Positions 8,696-18,178 are shown, numbered from the stretch's first letter. The stretch: DNA of 51,352 nucleotides from Candidatus Methylomirabilota bacterium (GCA_046726415.1 JBKPAK010000085.1:1-51352), one strand, 5' to 3'. Program-made: numbers and translations. The notes: generated from the sequence alone by a model not told the origin.

Positions 8696-11536
8696 ATGAA
8701 CGGTCCCGAGGGCGTCATGAGCGGAGATTCGAGGGACATCGATACGGAGTGGTGGTACCCGGAGAAGAACACCCAGGAGCGCGGGCGCCTCCTCGCCCTG
8801 GGCGCGCCCTTCCGGCCCGGCCTGGACCTCCTGCCGCAGGTGCAAGAGGCGTGGGCGGTGGTGAAAGATCGCTGGGGACGTCCCGCCCACGGCGAGCCGC
8901 GCGAGGCGCTTCGCCGGGTCATTGCCCCGGTGCCGGCCATCGGTCCCAACGACGCGCTCGGATACGTCCTCTACGCAGGTCTGACCTACAACACGATGTT
9001 CGCCGCGCGCGGTGTGCCCATCTCCGTCTTCGATCTCCACGATTGGGATCTCCACATCCCCGGAAGCGGGGCCGTCGTCATGGTGGCCGCGCTCGGTGCC
9101 GAAGCCGCGCGCGAAGGCCGTCTGCGCGTCGGCGAGGTGCGGGTAGTCTACCCAGGCGTGTCCGATCTTCTGTCGCCGCGCGCCGGCGACGATCCCATGC
9201 ATGCGGACTTCAAGATCCAGGGCTACGAGACGCCGGACGGCACCTTCGCCCAGTTCGTCCGCTGCCAGGCGCCGGGACTGCTGAAGCACTCCGAGCGCCT
9301 CACGCTCCCCGCAGGTGCGTCGTTCATGCTCGATCTGGAGACGGTCTACAAGGCGCTCTACGACGTGGCCGGCGTTCAACCCGGCGAGCGCGTCTTCGTG
9401 GAAGGCGCGGCCGGCGGCACCGGACTCTACGCCGTCAGCTGTGCCGTCCTGCGCGGCGCGCTGGTCACCGGCCTCGTCTCCACCGAGGACAAGGGCGCGC
9501 TGATTCGCTCCCGCGGGGCGGCCGTCCATGTCAACCGCGCTCGTCCCGACCTGAAAGGTGTGTTTGCGATAGTGCCGTGCGACCTGCCGGGGCAGGCGGA
9601 ATGGCGCGCGGCCGGGGAGCGCTTCCTGGCCATGGTGCGCGAGGCGAACGAGGGATCGGCGATCGACGTGGTCGTCTCCTCGGTCGGGCGCGATCTCTTC
9701 GGCCGCATGATCGACCTGCTGGGTCCGGGCGGCCGGCTCGTGTTCTACGGCGCGACCAGTGGCTACAGCTTGGCGTTCCTGGGGAAGGAGGGAGCGATTT
9801 CCGCGCGTGAGATGCTCAGCCGCGCCGATCTCCGTCCCCACGAGGGTGTCGTCGTCTATTGCGGCACGTCGGACGCGGTGGGCGACGACGCGATCCAGGC
9901 GGCCCTGCGCGCGGGGGCCCGCGTGGTGGCCGTCGCGGGGAGCGATGGGGAAGCCGCGCGGCTTCAGGCGCGGTTCCCGCTCCTGCGCGGCGTGGTGAGC
10001 CTCGAGGCGCTGGCGCGCGGTCCGGGCTTTCGCTGGCCGGACACCATGCCGGACTACGACCTCGACGCCGCCGGCTACCGCGAGTACCAGGACCTCACCC
10101 TCAAGCCCTTCGGCCAGGCGATCGGTCGGCTCCTCGCGACGCCGGACAATCCACGGGGCAACCCCGACCTGATCGTCGAGCGCGCCGAGCAGGACACGCT
10201 CGGCGTGAGCGCCTTCATCGCGCGCCCGCACGGCGGCCGCGTGGTCTACCTGGACGGCGGCAAAGGGCGCCGCTTCTCGCTCTACGCGCCCAACATCTGG
10301 ATGCACCAGAAGCGCATCTTCTTCCCGACCTTCACCATTCTCGGCAGCCACCTCTCGAACGCGCACCAGGCGGCCGAGGTCGTGGAGCTCATCGATGCCG
10401 GCGCCCTCGGGGTGCACGCGCCCGTGGTCCATCCATGGGAGCAACTGGCCGAAGCCAACCAGGCCATCCACGAGAACCGCCACACCGGCACGCTTGCCGT
10501 TCGGGTCGGGGCCACCGACGCGCTCGACGGCGCGCGCTCCGCGCGGCAGGTGTACGAGGCGTGGGGTTCTCGCTTCATCGACACCGCCACGGTGCGAGTC
10601 CGGCTCGACCCGGTTCGGCGCGGGTTTCCAGATCTGGTTGCCCTCGTCACGATCGACTCGCCGCCCGCCAACGCCCTTGGACGAGGCACCCTGGAGGATC
10701 TCGAAACGGTTCTGGATCGGCTGGAGGCCGAGGGGGGCATGCGCGCGGCGGTGCTCACCGGAGCCGGATTGATGTTCGTGGCCGGCGCCGATATCCGCCA
10801 GCTTCGCGCCTTCGCCACGCCCGAGGATGTCGAGGCCTTCGCGGCGCGGGCCCAGCGGCTCTTCGCGCGGATCGCCGCGTCGCCGGCGCCGTTCGTCTCC
10901 GCCGTCGATGGCTATGCCCTCGGGGGCGGCAACGAGCTCCAGATGGCCTGCGCGTACCGCGTGGCGTCGGCGCGCGCGGAGATCGGCCAGCCAGAGATCA
11001 ATCTGCACGTGATTCCGGGATTCGGCGGGACGCAGATGCTCCCGCGCCTGGTCATCCGCCAGGCGCGGACCGGCGGCGCGCAAATGTACACGCTGCTCGC
11101 GCACGCGCTGACCATGCTGCTCGACGGACGCCGCCGTACTGCAGGCGAGGCCCGCGCGCTCGGGCTCGTCGACGAGGTGGCGGCGGCCGACGCGCTTTCC
11201 CGGGCGCTCGAGATCGCGGGAAGGATTGCCCGCGGCGAATTCACCGGGGCGCTGTGGTCGCCGCTGGCTCAGCGCGACACCATCGCCTTCCCCAACGCCG
11301 AGCGCGACGCCAACATCCAGCGGGTTCTCGCGCATCACGCGGCGATCCCTCGGGCGGCGGCGGCGCGCGCCATCGCGGACGTCGTGCGCCTGGGGCTGAC
11401 GAAGGGGTTGGCGATCGGACTGGCCCAAGAGGCGCGTCTCTTCGGCCAGCTCGTCGCATCCGAGGACGGGCGGGCGGGCATCGATCGCTTTCTCGGGCGA
11501 CGCTCGCTGCCGCTTCCCCTGCGTCCCCGGGGGTAA
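8696..11536 (+). CDS. Fusion of an N-terminal MDR-family enoyl-CoA reductase (propionyl-CoA-synthase/Ccr-like) and a C-terminal enoyl-CoA hydratase
   Basis: Reductase part: YAGLTYNT, HIPGSG, IQGYETPDGTFAQF, EGAAGGTG, WMHQKRI, GSHLSN. Crotonase part from about aa 630: PPANAL, FVAGADI, ALGGGNELQMAC, IGQPEINL, IPGFGGTQ. Start may be ATG 8717. Confidence 0.88.
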   Translation: MNGPEGVMSGDSRDIDTEWWYPEKNTQERGRLLALGAPFRPGLDLLPQVQEAWAVVKDRWGRPAHGEPREALRRVIAPVPAIGPNDALGYVLYAGLTYNTMFAARGVPISVFDLHDWDLHIPGSGAVVMVAALGAEAAREGRLRVGEVRVVYPGVSDLLSPRAGDDPMHADFKIQGYETPDGTFAQFVRCQAPGLLKHSERLTLPAGASFMLDLETVYKALYDVAGVQPGERVFVEGAAGGTGLYAVSCAVLRGALVTGLVSTEDKGALIRSRGAAVHVNRARPDLKGVFAIVPCDLPGQAEWRAAGERFLAMVREANEGSAIDVVVSSVGRDLFGRMIDLLGPGGRLVFYGATSGYSLAFLGKEGAISAREMLSRADLRPHEGVVVYCGTSDAVGDDAIQAALRAGARVVAVAGSDGEAARLQARFPLLRGVVSLEALARGPGFRWPDTMPDYDLDAAGYREYQDLTLKPFGQAIGRLLATPDNPRGNPDLIVERAEQDTLGVSAFIARPHGGRVVYLDGGKGRRFSLYAPNIWMHQKRIFFPTFTILGSHLSNAHQAAEVVELIDAGALGVHAPVVHPWEQLAEANQAIHENRHTGTLAVRVGATDALDGARSARQVYEAWGSRFIDTATVRVRLDPVRRGFPDLVALVTIDSPPANALGRGTLEDLETVLDRLEAEGGMRAAVLTGAGLMFVAGADIRQLRAFATPEDVEAFAARAQRLFARIAASPAPFVSAVDGYALGGGNELQMACAYRVASARAEIGQPEINLHVIPGFGGTQMLPRLVIRQARTGGAQMYTLLAHALTMLLDGRRRTAGEARALGLVDEVAAADALSRALEIAGRIARGEFTGALWSPLAQRDTIAFPNAERDANIQRVLAHHAAIPRAAAARAIADVVRLGLTKGLAIGLAQEARLFGQLVASEDGRAGIDRFLGRRSLPLPLRPRG

Positions 11537-11553
11537 CAGGCTAGACTGTTGAG

Positions 11554-11731
11554 TTGGAGGGGGCGCGACGCCCCCTCCAAACCTCCCCATTTGCGCGGGG
11601 TGAGACACCGTATTGGCGAGGGGCGCGACACCCCATTTGCGCGGGGTGAGACACGGTATTAGCGAGGGGCGCGACACCCCTGCTGGCGATTAGCGCGGGG
11701 CGAGACACCCTACTGACGTGGGGCGGCGACA
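11554..11731. repeat. 12-bp-stem hairpin followed by six ~23 bp units arranged as 46 bp dimers (repeat family B)
   Basis: TTGGAGGGGGCG-cga-CGCCCCCTCCAA at 11554-11580. CCCCATTTGCGCGGGGTGAGACA at 11585 and 11631 alternates with C(C/G)GTATT(G/A)GCGAGGGGCGCGACA. Confidence 0.88.
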
Positions 11732-11749
11732 CCTTCGAGGAAAGACGCG

Positions 11750-12241
11750 ATGAACGCGACGGGCACAGCCAAAGGACGGGCGGTGGTGATGCAGCCGGAC
11801 GACGGGCCCTCGTTCTGGCAGCCCATTCCCGCCAACGGTCACGCCGACCCCAAGCTCTATCCGGGAAACACCGACTTCGAAGGACTGGCCATGGGCTTCC
11901 AGACCATCGCCCCGGGTAGCCGTGTCCGCGAGCATTCGCACGGGGACCAGGTCGAGCTGCAGATCTGCTTTCGCGGCCAGGGCCGGGTGGTCGTCGATGG
12001 TGTCAGCCATGACCTCGTCCCCGGCACCTCGTGTTTCCTGGGTTATGACGTGCGGCACGAGATCATCAACGAAGGCCGCGAGGATCTCGTGATGCTGTGG
12101 GTCATCGCACCGGCCGGGCTCGAGCGCTTCTTCGAGGCCATCGGGCGGCCGCGGCGCCGCGGTGAGCCTGCGCCCAGCCCCTTTGCTCGCCCGGGCGACG
12201 TGGTGGCCATCGAGCGCGCCATGGGCATGAACGACACCTGA
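11750..12241 (+). CDS. Cupin domain protein
   Basis: REHSHGDQVE...G and RHEIIN cupin metal motifs; GAGGA upstream of ATG. Confidence 0.85.
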   Translation: MNATGTAKGRAVVMQPDDGPSFWQPIPANGHADPKLYPGNTDFEGLAMGFQTIAPGSRVREHSHGDQVELQICFRGQGRVVVDGVSHDLVPGTSCFLGYDVRHEIINEGREDLVMLWVIAPAGLERFFEAIGRPRRRGEPAPSPFARPGDVVAIERAMGMNDT

Positions 12242-13032
12242 TGCCTGCGGTCTCCCTCGACGACGCCGAGATCTACTACGAGGAGCAGGGCGCGGGCCCG
12301 CCGCTCCTGCTGGTGCCGGGGCTGTCCGGCCTCGGATCGTTCTGGGCGAAACAGGTCGCGGACCTCGCGCGCGACTTTCGGGTCGTGGTCCACGATCACC
12401 GTGGCGCCGGGCGGAGCAGTCACTCGCGCATCCGGTACTCCGTCGAACAGATGGCGGCCGACGTGCTCGGCCTGATGGACCGCCTCGACATCGACGCCGC
12501 CCACCTGGTGGGACATTCGACCGGCGGCGCCATCGGCCAGGTCATTGCGCAGGATCACCCCGAACGGCTGCGCCGGCTCGTCCTCAGCGCCACCTGGGCC
12601 GGCCCCGACCCGTTTTTCCGTCGGTGCTTCGCGGCGCGCAAGGACGTCCTGCTCCACCAGGGGATGGAAGCCTACGTGCGCGCGTCGGCCCTCACCCTCT
12701 ATCCGCCCTGGTGGATCAGCGCCCACGACGAGGCGGTGGAGGCCCACGTGCGCGGGGCGATGCTCAATCCCTCGCCGGTGGAGGTCGTGGCGAGCCGGAT
12801 CGACGCCATCGTGCGGTACGATCGCCGAGCCCGGCTGAGCGAGATCGCGGCCCCCGCGCTGGTGATCGTGGCCGCCGACGACATGATCACCCCCGTCTTC
12901 TACTCCGAGGAACTGGCGGGAAAGATCCCGGCGGCCACGCTTCGCGTGCTGGACACCGGGGGCCACTTCGCGCCCGTCATCGCGGCGGACGCGTACAACT
13001 CCGCCGTCGGCGCCTTCCTGCGCGCCGCCTGA
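12241..13032 (+). CDS. Alpha/beta hydrolase, RutD (aminoacrylate hydrolase)-like
   Basis: DHRGAGRS, GHSTGG nucleophile elbow, DDMITP and GGH; TGATG overlap with the cupin gene. Confidence 0.8.
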   Translation: MPAVSLDDAEIYYEEQGAGPPLLLVPGLSGLGSFWAKQVADLARDFRVVVHDHRGAGRSSHSRIRYSVEQMAADVLGLMDRLDIDAAHLVGHSTGGAIGQVIAQDHPERLRRLVLSATWAGPDPFFRRCFAARKDVLLHQGMEAYVRASALTLYPPWWISAHDEAVEAHVRGAMLNPSPVEVVASRIDAIVRYDRRARLSEIAAPALVIVAADDMITPVFYSEELAGKIPAATLRVLDTGGHFAPVIAADAYNSAVGAFLRAA

Positions 13033-13075
13033 TCGACGGCCAGCGATCGCGATGCCGAAGGGCTGGCTCAGGGGT

Positions 13076-13105
13076 TTGCGCCGCCCTTGGTAAGCCCGCT
13101 ATCAT
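13076..13105 (+). promoter_or_regulatory. Putative sigma70 promoter of the IOR gene
   Basis: TTGCGC-N18-TATCAT about 90 nt upstream of GAGGAG/ATG 13195. Confidence 0.4.
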
Positions 13106-13194
13106 GAAAGGGCGTGATCGGGCCGCGACACTGCCGCGCGGCGAGTTCGCTAATCGACCTCTGAAGCGACGGCCGTCCCACGGTCGAGGAGCCA

Positions 13195-16100
13195 ATGGAA
13201 ACTAAGCGCGATTTCTCGCTCGACGCCAAGTACCGCCAGCTCGACGGGCAGATCCTCCTCTCGGGGATCCAGGCGCTCGTCCGCCTGCCGCTCGATCAGC
13301 ACCGCGCCGACAAGCGCCGCGGTCGCCACACGGCTACCATGATCTCCGGGTATCGCGGCTCACCGCTCGGCGGGCTGGACCAGACGCTCGAGCGCAATGG
13401 GCCGCTGTTGCGCGAGCATCACGTCCACTTCATCTCCGGCGTCAACGAGGATCTGGGCGCGACCATCGTGTTCGGCAGTCAGCTCGCGAACCTCTTCCCC
13501 CGGCCGAAGTACGACGGCGTCCTCGGGATGTGGTACGGCAAGGGACCCGGGGTGGATCGCAGCGGCGATGCCTTCAAGCACGCCAATTACGCGGGCGTCG
13601 GACGGGAGGGCGGCGTCCTCGCCGTCGGCGGGGACGATCCGCTGTCCAAGTCGTCGACGTTGCCCATCCACTCCGAGGTGGCGTTCTACGACGCGTCCTT
13701 CCCGGTAGTGTTTCCCGGCAACATCCAGGAGATCCTGGACTTGGGCCGCCTCGGCTTCGAGCTGTCGCGGTACTCGGGTCTCTGGGTGGGCTTCAAGATC
13801 GTCACCAACGTGGCGGACGAGATCGGCACCGCCCTCGTGTCGCCCGACCGCGTCGTCATCGAGGATCCTGGGTTCCTCTACGAGGGCCGGCCGTGGCGGC
13901 ACACGCAAAATCCCACCTTGCTCCCGCCCTTCGGCCTCGAGATGGAGCGAGAGATCAACTACGGGCGGCTGGAGGCGGCCAAGGCCTTCGCGGCGGCCAA
14001 CCGGCTCAATGCCATCACCGTGCCCGCGCGCAACGCCTGGCTGGGCATCGCGGCCCCAGGCAAGACGTACTACGACCTCCGCGAAGCGCTGCTGGAGCTG
14101 GGACTGGACGACGCCGCTCTCGAGCGCTACGGCATCCGCCTGCTGCGGATCGGCATGCTCTTCCCGATGGAACCGGGCATCGTGCGGGAATTCGCCCGAG
14201 GCTTGGAGGAGATCCTCGTCGTCGAGGAGAAGCGCTCCTTCGTCGAAGTCTTCATCCGCGATGTCCTCTATAACCTCGCTGAGCATCCGCGGGTCCTCGG
14301 CAAGCGCGATCTGGAGAATCGGCCACTGGTGCCGGCCCACGGGGAGCTGGACGCGGATCGCATCGCCCAGATCGTGGCATCGCGGATCGAGCGACGGATT
14401 CCCCTGGGCTCGATCACCGCGCGGGTGGCCCTGCTGGAGGCGCTGCGCGAGCGGCCGGCGCCCCTCACCATCGCCCGCCAGCCCTACTTCTGCTCGGGCT
14501 GCCCCCACAACCGGTCCACGGTGGTGCCCGACGGTTCGATGGCCGCCGCGGGGATCGGTTGCCACGGCATGGCGTTGGGGATGCCCGAGCGCCGAACCTT
14601 GGGCATCACCCACATGGGTGGCGAGGGCGCGCAGTGGGTGGGCATGGCCCCGTTCACCGAGATGCCGCACATGTTCCAGAACCTCGGCGACGGCACGCTG
14701 TTCCACTCGGGCTCGCTGGCCATCCGCCAGGCGGTCGCCGCGGGAACCCACATCACCTACAAGATCCTCTACAACTCCACGGTGGCCATGACCGGCGGCC
14801 AGGACGCCGCCGGGGCCATGCCGGTTCCCGAGCTGACGCGCGCCTTGCAGGCCGAGGGCGTGGCGAAGATCTTCGTGGTCACGGACGAACCTGGGAAGTA
14901 CGGCAAGGGCGTGGCGTGGGCCGATGGCGTCGAGGTCTGGCATCGCGATCGACTCGACGAGGCGCAGCAGATCCTGCGCGACACTCCGGGCGTCACCGCG
15001 CTCGTGTACGACCAGCGGTGCGCCGCCGAGAAGCGGCGGCTGCGCAAGCGCGGCAAGCTGCCCGATCCGGCCATGCGGGTGTACATCAACGAGGCGGTCT
15101 GCGAGGGGTGCGGCGACTGCGGAGTGAAGAGCAACTGCCTGTCCGTCCATCCGGTGGAGACCGAGTTCGGGCGCAAGACGCAGATCCATCAGTCGTCGTG
15201 CAACAAGGACTACTCCTGCCTGCGCGGCGATTGCCCGTCCTTCCTCACCGCGATCCCGCTGGGCCCGCCGAAGAAGCGGGAACGGAAGATCTTCACGGTC
15301 GAGCGCCCGCTTCCCGAACCCGTCCTCAAGGTTCCCCGCACGAGCAACGTCTACATGATGGGGATCGGCGGAACCGGTGTAGTGACCGTCAACCAGGTCC
15401 TGGGGACGGCGGCCCTTCTGGACGGCGCGCATGTGCGCGGTCTCGACCAGACGGGGCTCAGCCAGAAGGGCGGACCGGTCGTGTCCCACCTCAAGATCTC
15501 GGATGCTCCCCACGAGGTCTCCAACAAGATCGCGGCGGGCGAGGCGGACTGCTACCTCGGGTTCGACATCCTGGTGGCGACATCGCCGACCAATCTCGAC
15601 CACGCCCGGCCGGACAAGACCGTGGCGGTGATCTCGACCAGCCAGGTTCCCACTGGCGCCATGGTCACCCATACGGACGTGCAATTCCCGGAGACGAATG
15701 GCCTGCTCCAGTCGATCGATCGCGTGACCCGCAAGGACGAGAACGTCTACCTCGACGCGCTGGGGCTGGCCGAGCAGCTGTTCGGGGACCACATGGCGGC
15801 CAACCTCATCGCCCTCGGCGCCGCCTACCAAGCCGGGGCCATCGCGGTGAGCGACCAGGCCATCGAGGAAGCCATCGCCCTCAATGGCGTGTCGGTGGCC
15901 ATGAACACGCAGGCCTTCCGGGCCGGGCGCCTCGCCGTGATCGATCCGGCTGCGCTGGAGCGCGAGCGCAAGCCACGCCTCGGTGCGGTGAGCGCGGAGC
16001 CGGTGCTGAGTGCCGAGGCGCGCGCTCTGGTGGACGGCGTGGGCGCGACCGGGGAGCTGCGGCGACTGCTCAGCATCCGGGTGCCCGAGCTGATCGAGTA

Positions 16101-16653
16101 TCAGGACGCCGCCTACGCGCGGCAGTACGTGGAATTCGTGAAGCGCGCGCTGGCGGCGGAGCCGGACGGCCGGGCGAGCTTCAGCGAGGGCGTGGCCCGG
16201 TATCTGTTCAAGCTGATGGCCTACAAGGACGAGTACGAGGTGGCCCGACTCCATCTCAAGAGCGATCTCGCGGCCAGGCTCGCCGCCGAATACCCGGAGG
16301 GCGTCGCGGTTCAGTACCACCTGCACCCGCCGATGCTGCGGGCGCTCGGGTGGAAGAACAAGATCAAGCTCGGCTCCTGGTTCGACGGCGCCTTCCGCAT
16401 GCTGGCCCGCCTGAAGGGACTGCGGGGCACCGCCCTCGATCCCTTCGGGCGCGCCGAAGTCCGCCGGGTGGAGCGCGCCCTCATCGGGGAGTATCGCGCC
16501 CTCCTCGAGAAGGCCATGGCCGGCCTCTCGCCCGAGAGCTACGAGCGGGCGGTGAAGCTCGCCACCCTCCCGGACGTCATCCGCGGCTACGAGGAGGTCA
16601 AGCTTCGCAACGTCCAGCAGTTCCGCGACGAGGTCCGCGCCCTCGGCTTCTGA
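13195..16653 (+). CDS. Single-chain indolepyruvate:ferredoxin oxidoreductase family protein
   Basis: SGYRGSPLGG, FCSGCPH, GIGCH, GDGT (TPP), CEGCGDC...C ferredoxin motif, GIGGTGV and GLSQKGG beta domain, YKDEYEVAR; RBS GAGGAG. Confidence 0.95.
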   Translation: METKRDFSLDAKYRQLDGQILLSGIQALVRLPLDQHRADKRRGRHTATMISGYRGSPLGGLDQTLERNGPLLREHHVHFISGVNEDLGATIVFGSQLANLFPRPKYDGVLGMWYGKGPGVDRSGDAFKHANYAGVGREGGVLAVGGDDPLSKSSTLPIHSEVAFYDASFPVVFPGNIQEILDLGRLGFELSRYSGLWVGFKIVTNVADEIGTALVSPDRVVIEDPGFLYEGRPWRHTQNPTLLPPFGLEMEREINYGRLEAAKAFAAANRLNAITVPARNAWLGIAAPGKTYYDLREALLELGLDDAALERYGIRLLRIGMLFPMEPGIVREFARGLEEILVVEEKRSFVEVFIRDVLYNLAEHPRVLGKRDLENRPLVPAHGELDADRIAQIVASRIERRIPLGSITARVALLEALRERPAPLTIARQPYFCSGCPHNRSTVVPDGSMAAAGIGCHGMALGMPERRTLGITHMGGEGAQWVGMAPFTEMPHMFQNLGDGTLFHSGSLAIRQAVAAGTHITYKILYNSTVAMTGGQDAAGAMPVPELTRALQAEGVAKIFVVTDEPGKYGKGVAWADGVEVWHRDRLDEAQQILRDTPGVTALVYDQRCAAEKRRLRKRGKLPDPAMRVYINEAVCEGCGDCGVKSNCLSVHPVETEFGRKTQIHQSSCNKDYSCLRGDCPSFLTAIPLGPPKKRERKIFTVERPLPEPVLKVPRTSNVYMMGIGGTGVVTVNQVLGTAALLDGAHVRGLDQTGLSQKGGPVVSHLKISDAPHEVSNKIAAGEADCYLGFDILVATSPTNLDHARPDKTVAVISTSQVPTGAMVTHTDVQFPETNGLLQSIDRVTRKDENVYLDALGLAEQLFGDHMAANLIALGAAYQAGAIAVSDQAIEEAIALNGVSVAMNTQAFRAGRLAVIDPAALERERKPRLGAVSAEPVLSAEARALVDGVGATGELRRLLSIRVPELIEYQDAAYARQYVEFVKRALAAEPDGRASFSEGVARYLFKLMAYKDEYEVARLHLKSDLAARLAAEYPEGVAVQYHLHPPMLRALGWKNKIKLGSWFDGAFRMLARLKGLRGTALDPFGRAEVRRVERALIGEYRALLEKAMAGLSPESYERAVKLATLPDVIRGYEEVKLRNVQQFRDEVRALGF

Positions 16654-16717
16654 GCATGCATCTGAAGAGGGCCGGCATGCGCCAGGGGCGGCGGTGACCT
16701 CGCGTCCCGCGAAGGCG

Positions 16718-17026
16718 ATGGAGGATGTCGTCGACGCGTTCGCCCATCGCGGGCACTACTTCCGAGTGCTCCAGCAGACGGAGCGCAGTCAGACGGCGGT
16801 GATGACCATCGGGCCGGGGGAGGATGCCGGACCGGAGGAGCAGCATCCCGGCGATCAGATCATCTACGTCGTGGAGGGCGAGGCCATCGTGCGCATCGCC
16901 GACCGCGAGCATCGCGCGGGCCCGGGCGCGCTGGTGACCATTCCCGCCCGCACCCGCCACCACGTGACCAACCCCGGTCGCGTCCCCCTGTTCTTCGTCA
17001 CGGTCTACGCGCCCCCGGCTTATTGA
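16718..17026 (+). CDS. Cupin domain protein
   Basis: SQTAVMTI, HPGDQIIYVVEG, IPARTRHHVTN and VYAPPAY; start ATG 16718 or GTG 16694. Confidence 0.85.
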   Translation: MEDVVDAFAHRGHYFRVLQQTERSQTAVMTIGPGEDAGPEEQHPGDQIIYVVEGEAIVRIADREHRAGPGALVTIPARTRHHVTNPGRVPLFFVTVYAPPAY

Positions 17027-17108
17027 AGATCGGCCGTCCGACACCGCGATCACCCGCGGCCGAGAGCCGTAGGCTGCCGGAGCTATGCGCAGCAATCGAC
17101 ACCGCCCT

Positions 17109-17137
17109 TTGACGACATGTCTAATCTGACATATTCT
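17109..17137 (+). promoter_or_regulatory. Sigma70 promoter of the TA operon with a palindromic operator in the spacer
   Basis: TTGACG-N17-TATTCT; inverted repeat ATGTC-taatct-GACAT at 17117-17132. Confidence 0.75.
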
Positions 17138-17144
17138 CGTGGTC

Positions 17145-17477
17145 GTGAGCCCGAGCGACAAGCCGCTCGTCTGGCTTCACGGAGAAATCAAGACACCGCC
17201 CTTGTCCCGGGCGGCGAGAATCGAGGCCGGTTATCTGCTCCGTCTGCTGCAAAAGGGGCAGGCGGTTGGCATGCCTCAGCCGAGGCCGATGCCCGTGGTG
17301 GGGCCCCACGGTCACGAGCTGCGAATCCGCGATGCGGAGGTTGACTGGAGAATCGTGTACCGGCTGGACTCCGATGCCGTGGTGATCTTGGAAGTCTTCA
17401 CCAAGAAGACACGCACCACGCCCAAGATCGTCATTGACGCGTGCACTCGCAGACTCAGGGAGTACGACCGTGCGTGA
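17145..17477 (+). CDS. Type II TA toxin, RelE/ParE superfamily (HigB/Gp49-like)
   Basis: KPLVWL, RPMPVVG, HELRIRD, WRIVYR and VFTKKTRTTP; lies upstream of an HTH gene. Confidence 0.88.
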   Translation: MSPSDKPLVWLHGEIKTPPLSRAARIEAGYLLRLLQKGQAVGMPQPRPMPVVGPHGHELRIRDAEVDWRIVYRLDSDAVVILEVFTKKTRTTPKIVIDACTRRLREYDRA

Positions 17478-17778
17478 CGAAAAGCGACGTCGGCTGGAAG
17501 CAAAGGGCTGGAAGTTCGGGACCACTCAGGAGTTTCTGCGCCTGAACGCCGAGGAGGCCGCCTATATCGACCTCAAGGCGCGACTGGCCACAAGCCTACG
17601 CGAACGGCGCCGGCGCCGAAGTCTCACGCAGGCAGCCCTTGCGAAGCGCCTTCAATCGAGCCAGTCTCGCATCGCCAAGATGGAGGCCGGCGATGCCTCG
17701 GTGTCGTTGGATCTGCTGATCAGGTCGCTGTTGATCCTTGGCGCCTCGCGCCGGGAACTGTCGCGGATCATTGCGTGA
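17470..17778 (+). CDS. XRE-family HTH antitoxin (HigA-like)
   Basis: LTQAALAKRLQSSQSRIAKMEAG HTH; GTG 17470 overlaps the toxin end; GGGAG upstream. Confidence 0.88.
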   Translation: MRDEKRRRLEAKGWKFGTTQEFLRLNAEEAAYIDLKARLATSLRERRRRRSLTQAALAKRLQSSQSRIAKMEAGDASVSLDLLIRSLLILGASRRELSRIIA

Positions 17779-17792
17779 GGTTCGACCGTCCG

Positions 17793-18038
17793 TTACGACG
17801 GTAGGTCCTCGAGGCGCACCCCGCGTCCCTCGTTGAGAGCACTCCGCGCCTCGGCCACGCGGCGGAGGAACTCAGGGTGGTGCTCGAGGCGATAGTCGAA
17901 CCAGTCCTCCTCGCTTTCGAACCCGATGAGGACGCCGGCCGGCTTACCATGCCGCGTGATGAGGATGTCCTCGGACTCGGCCAAGCGAAGGAAGCGCGAG
18001 AGGTCGTCCTTGACTTCAGCCAGCGCCACCCGGCGCAT
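17793..18038 (-). CDS. Phd/YefM family antitoxin
   Basis: MRRVALAEVKDDLSRFL...ILITRHGKPAGVL Phd signature. Confidence 0.88.
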   Translation of the reverse strand: MRRVALAEVKDDLSRFLRLAESEDILITRHGKPAGVLIGFESEEDWFDYRLEHHPEFLRRVAEARSALNEGRGVRLEDLPS

Positions 18039-18170
18039 CGGGTGTCCCGTGCTCGGCGAGCCAGTGTGCCGCCTCGGCTTTGATGAGGATGGCGAGGATT
18101 TCGACGGCTTCCGGCGTGAGGTCATAGAACACTCGCACCTCCAAACTCGCAGTATCGGGTGAGCGACGGT
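18016..18170 (-). pseudogene. Remnant (C-terminal half) of a RelE/ParE toxin
   Basis: Minus frame 18144-18016 reads LEVRVFYDLTPEAVEILAILIKAEAAHWLAEHG. The expected preceding LRV lies in another frame, and the N-terminal half is absent. Confidence 0.65.
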
Positions 18171-18178
18171 CCCCGAGG

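Noticed and set aside
8609-11677. 1022-aa minus-strand ORF, and similar long antisense ORFs at 13360-16326, 29354-31534 and 39196-42249
   Set aside because: They are antisense shadows of well-supported genes, expected in high-GC DNA, with no recognisable motifs.
11750-12241. Cupin as a DMSP lyase feeding acrylate to the reductase
   Set aside because: Only generic cupin motifs are visible, and nothing supports that specificity.
13106-13194. Riboswitch in the IOR leader
   Set aside because: I could not recognise any known aptamer consensus; an Rfam scan would be needed.
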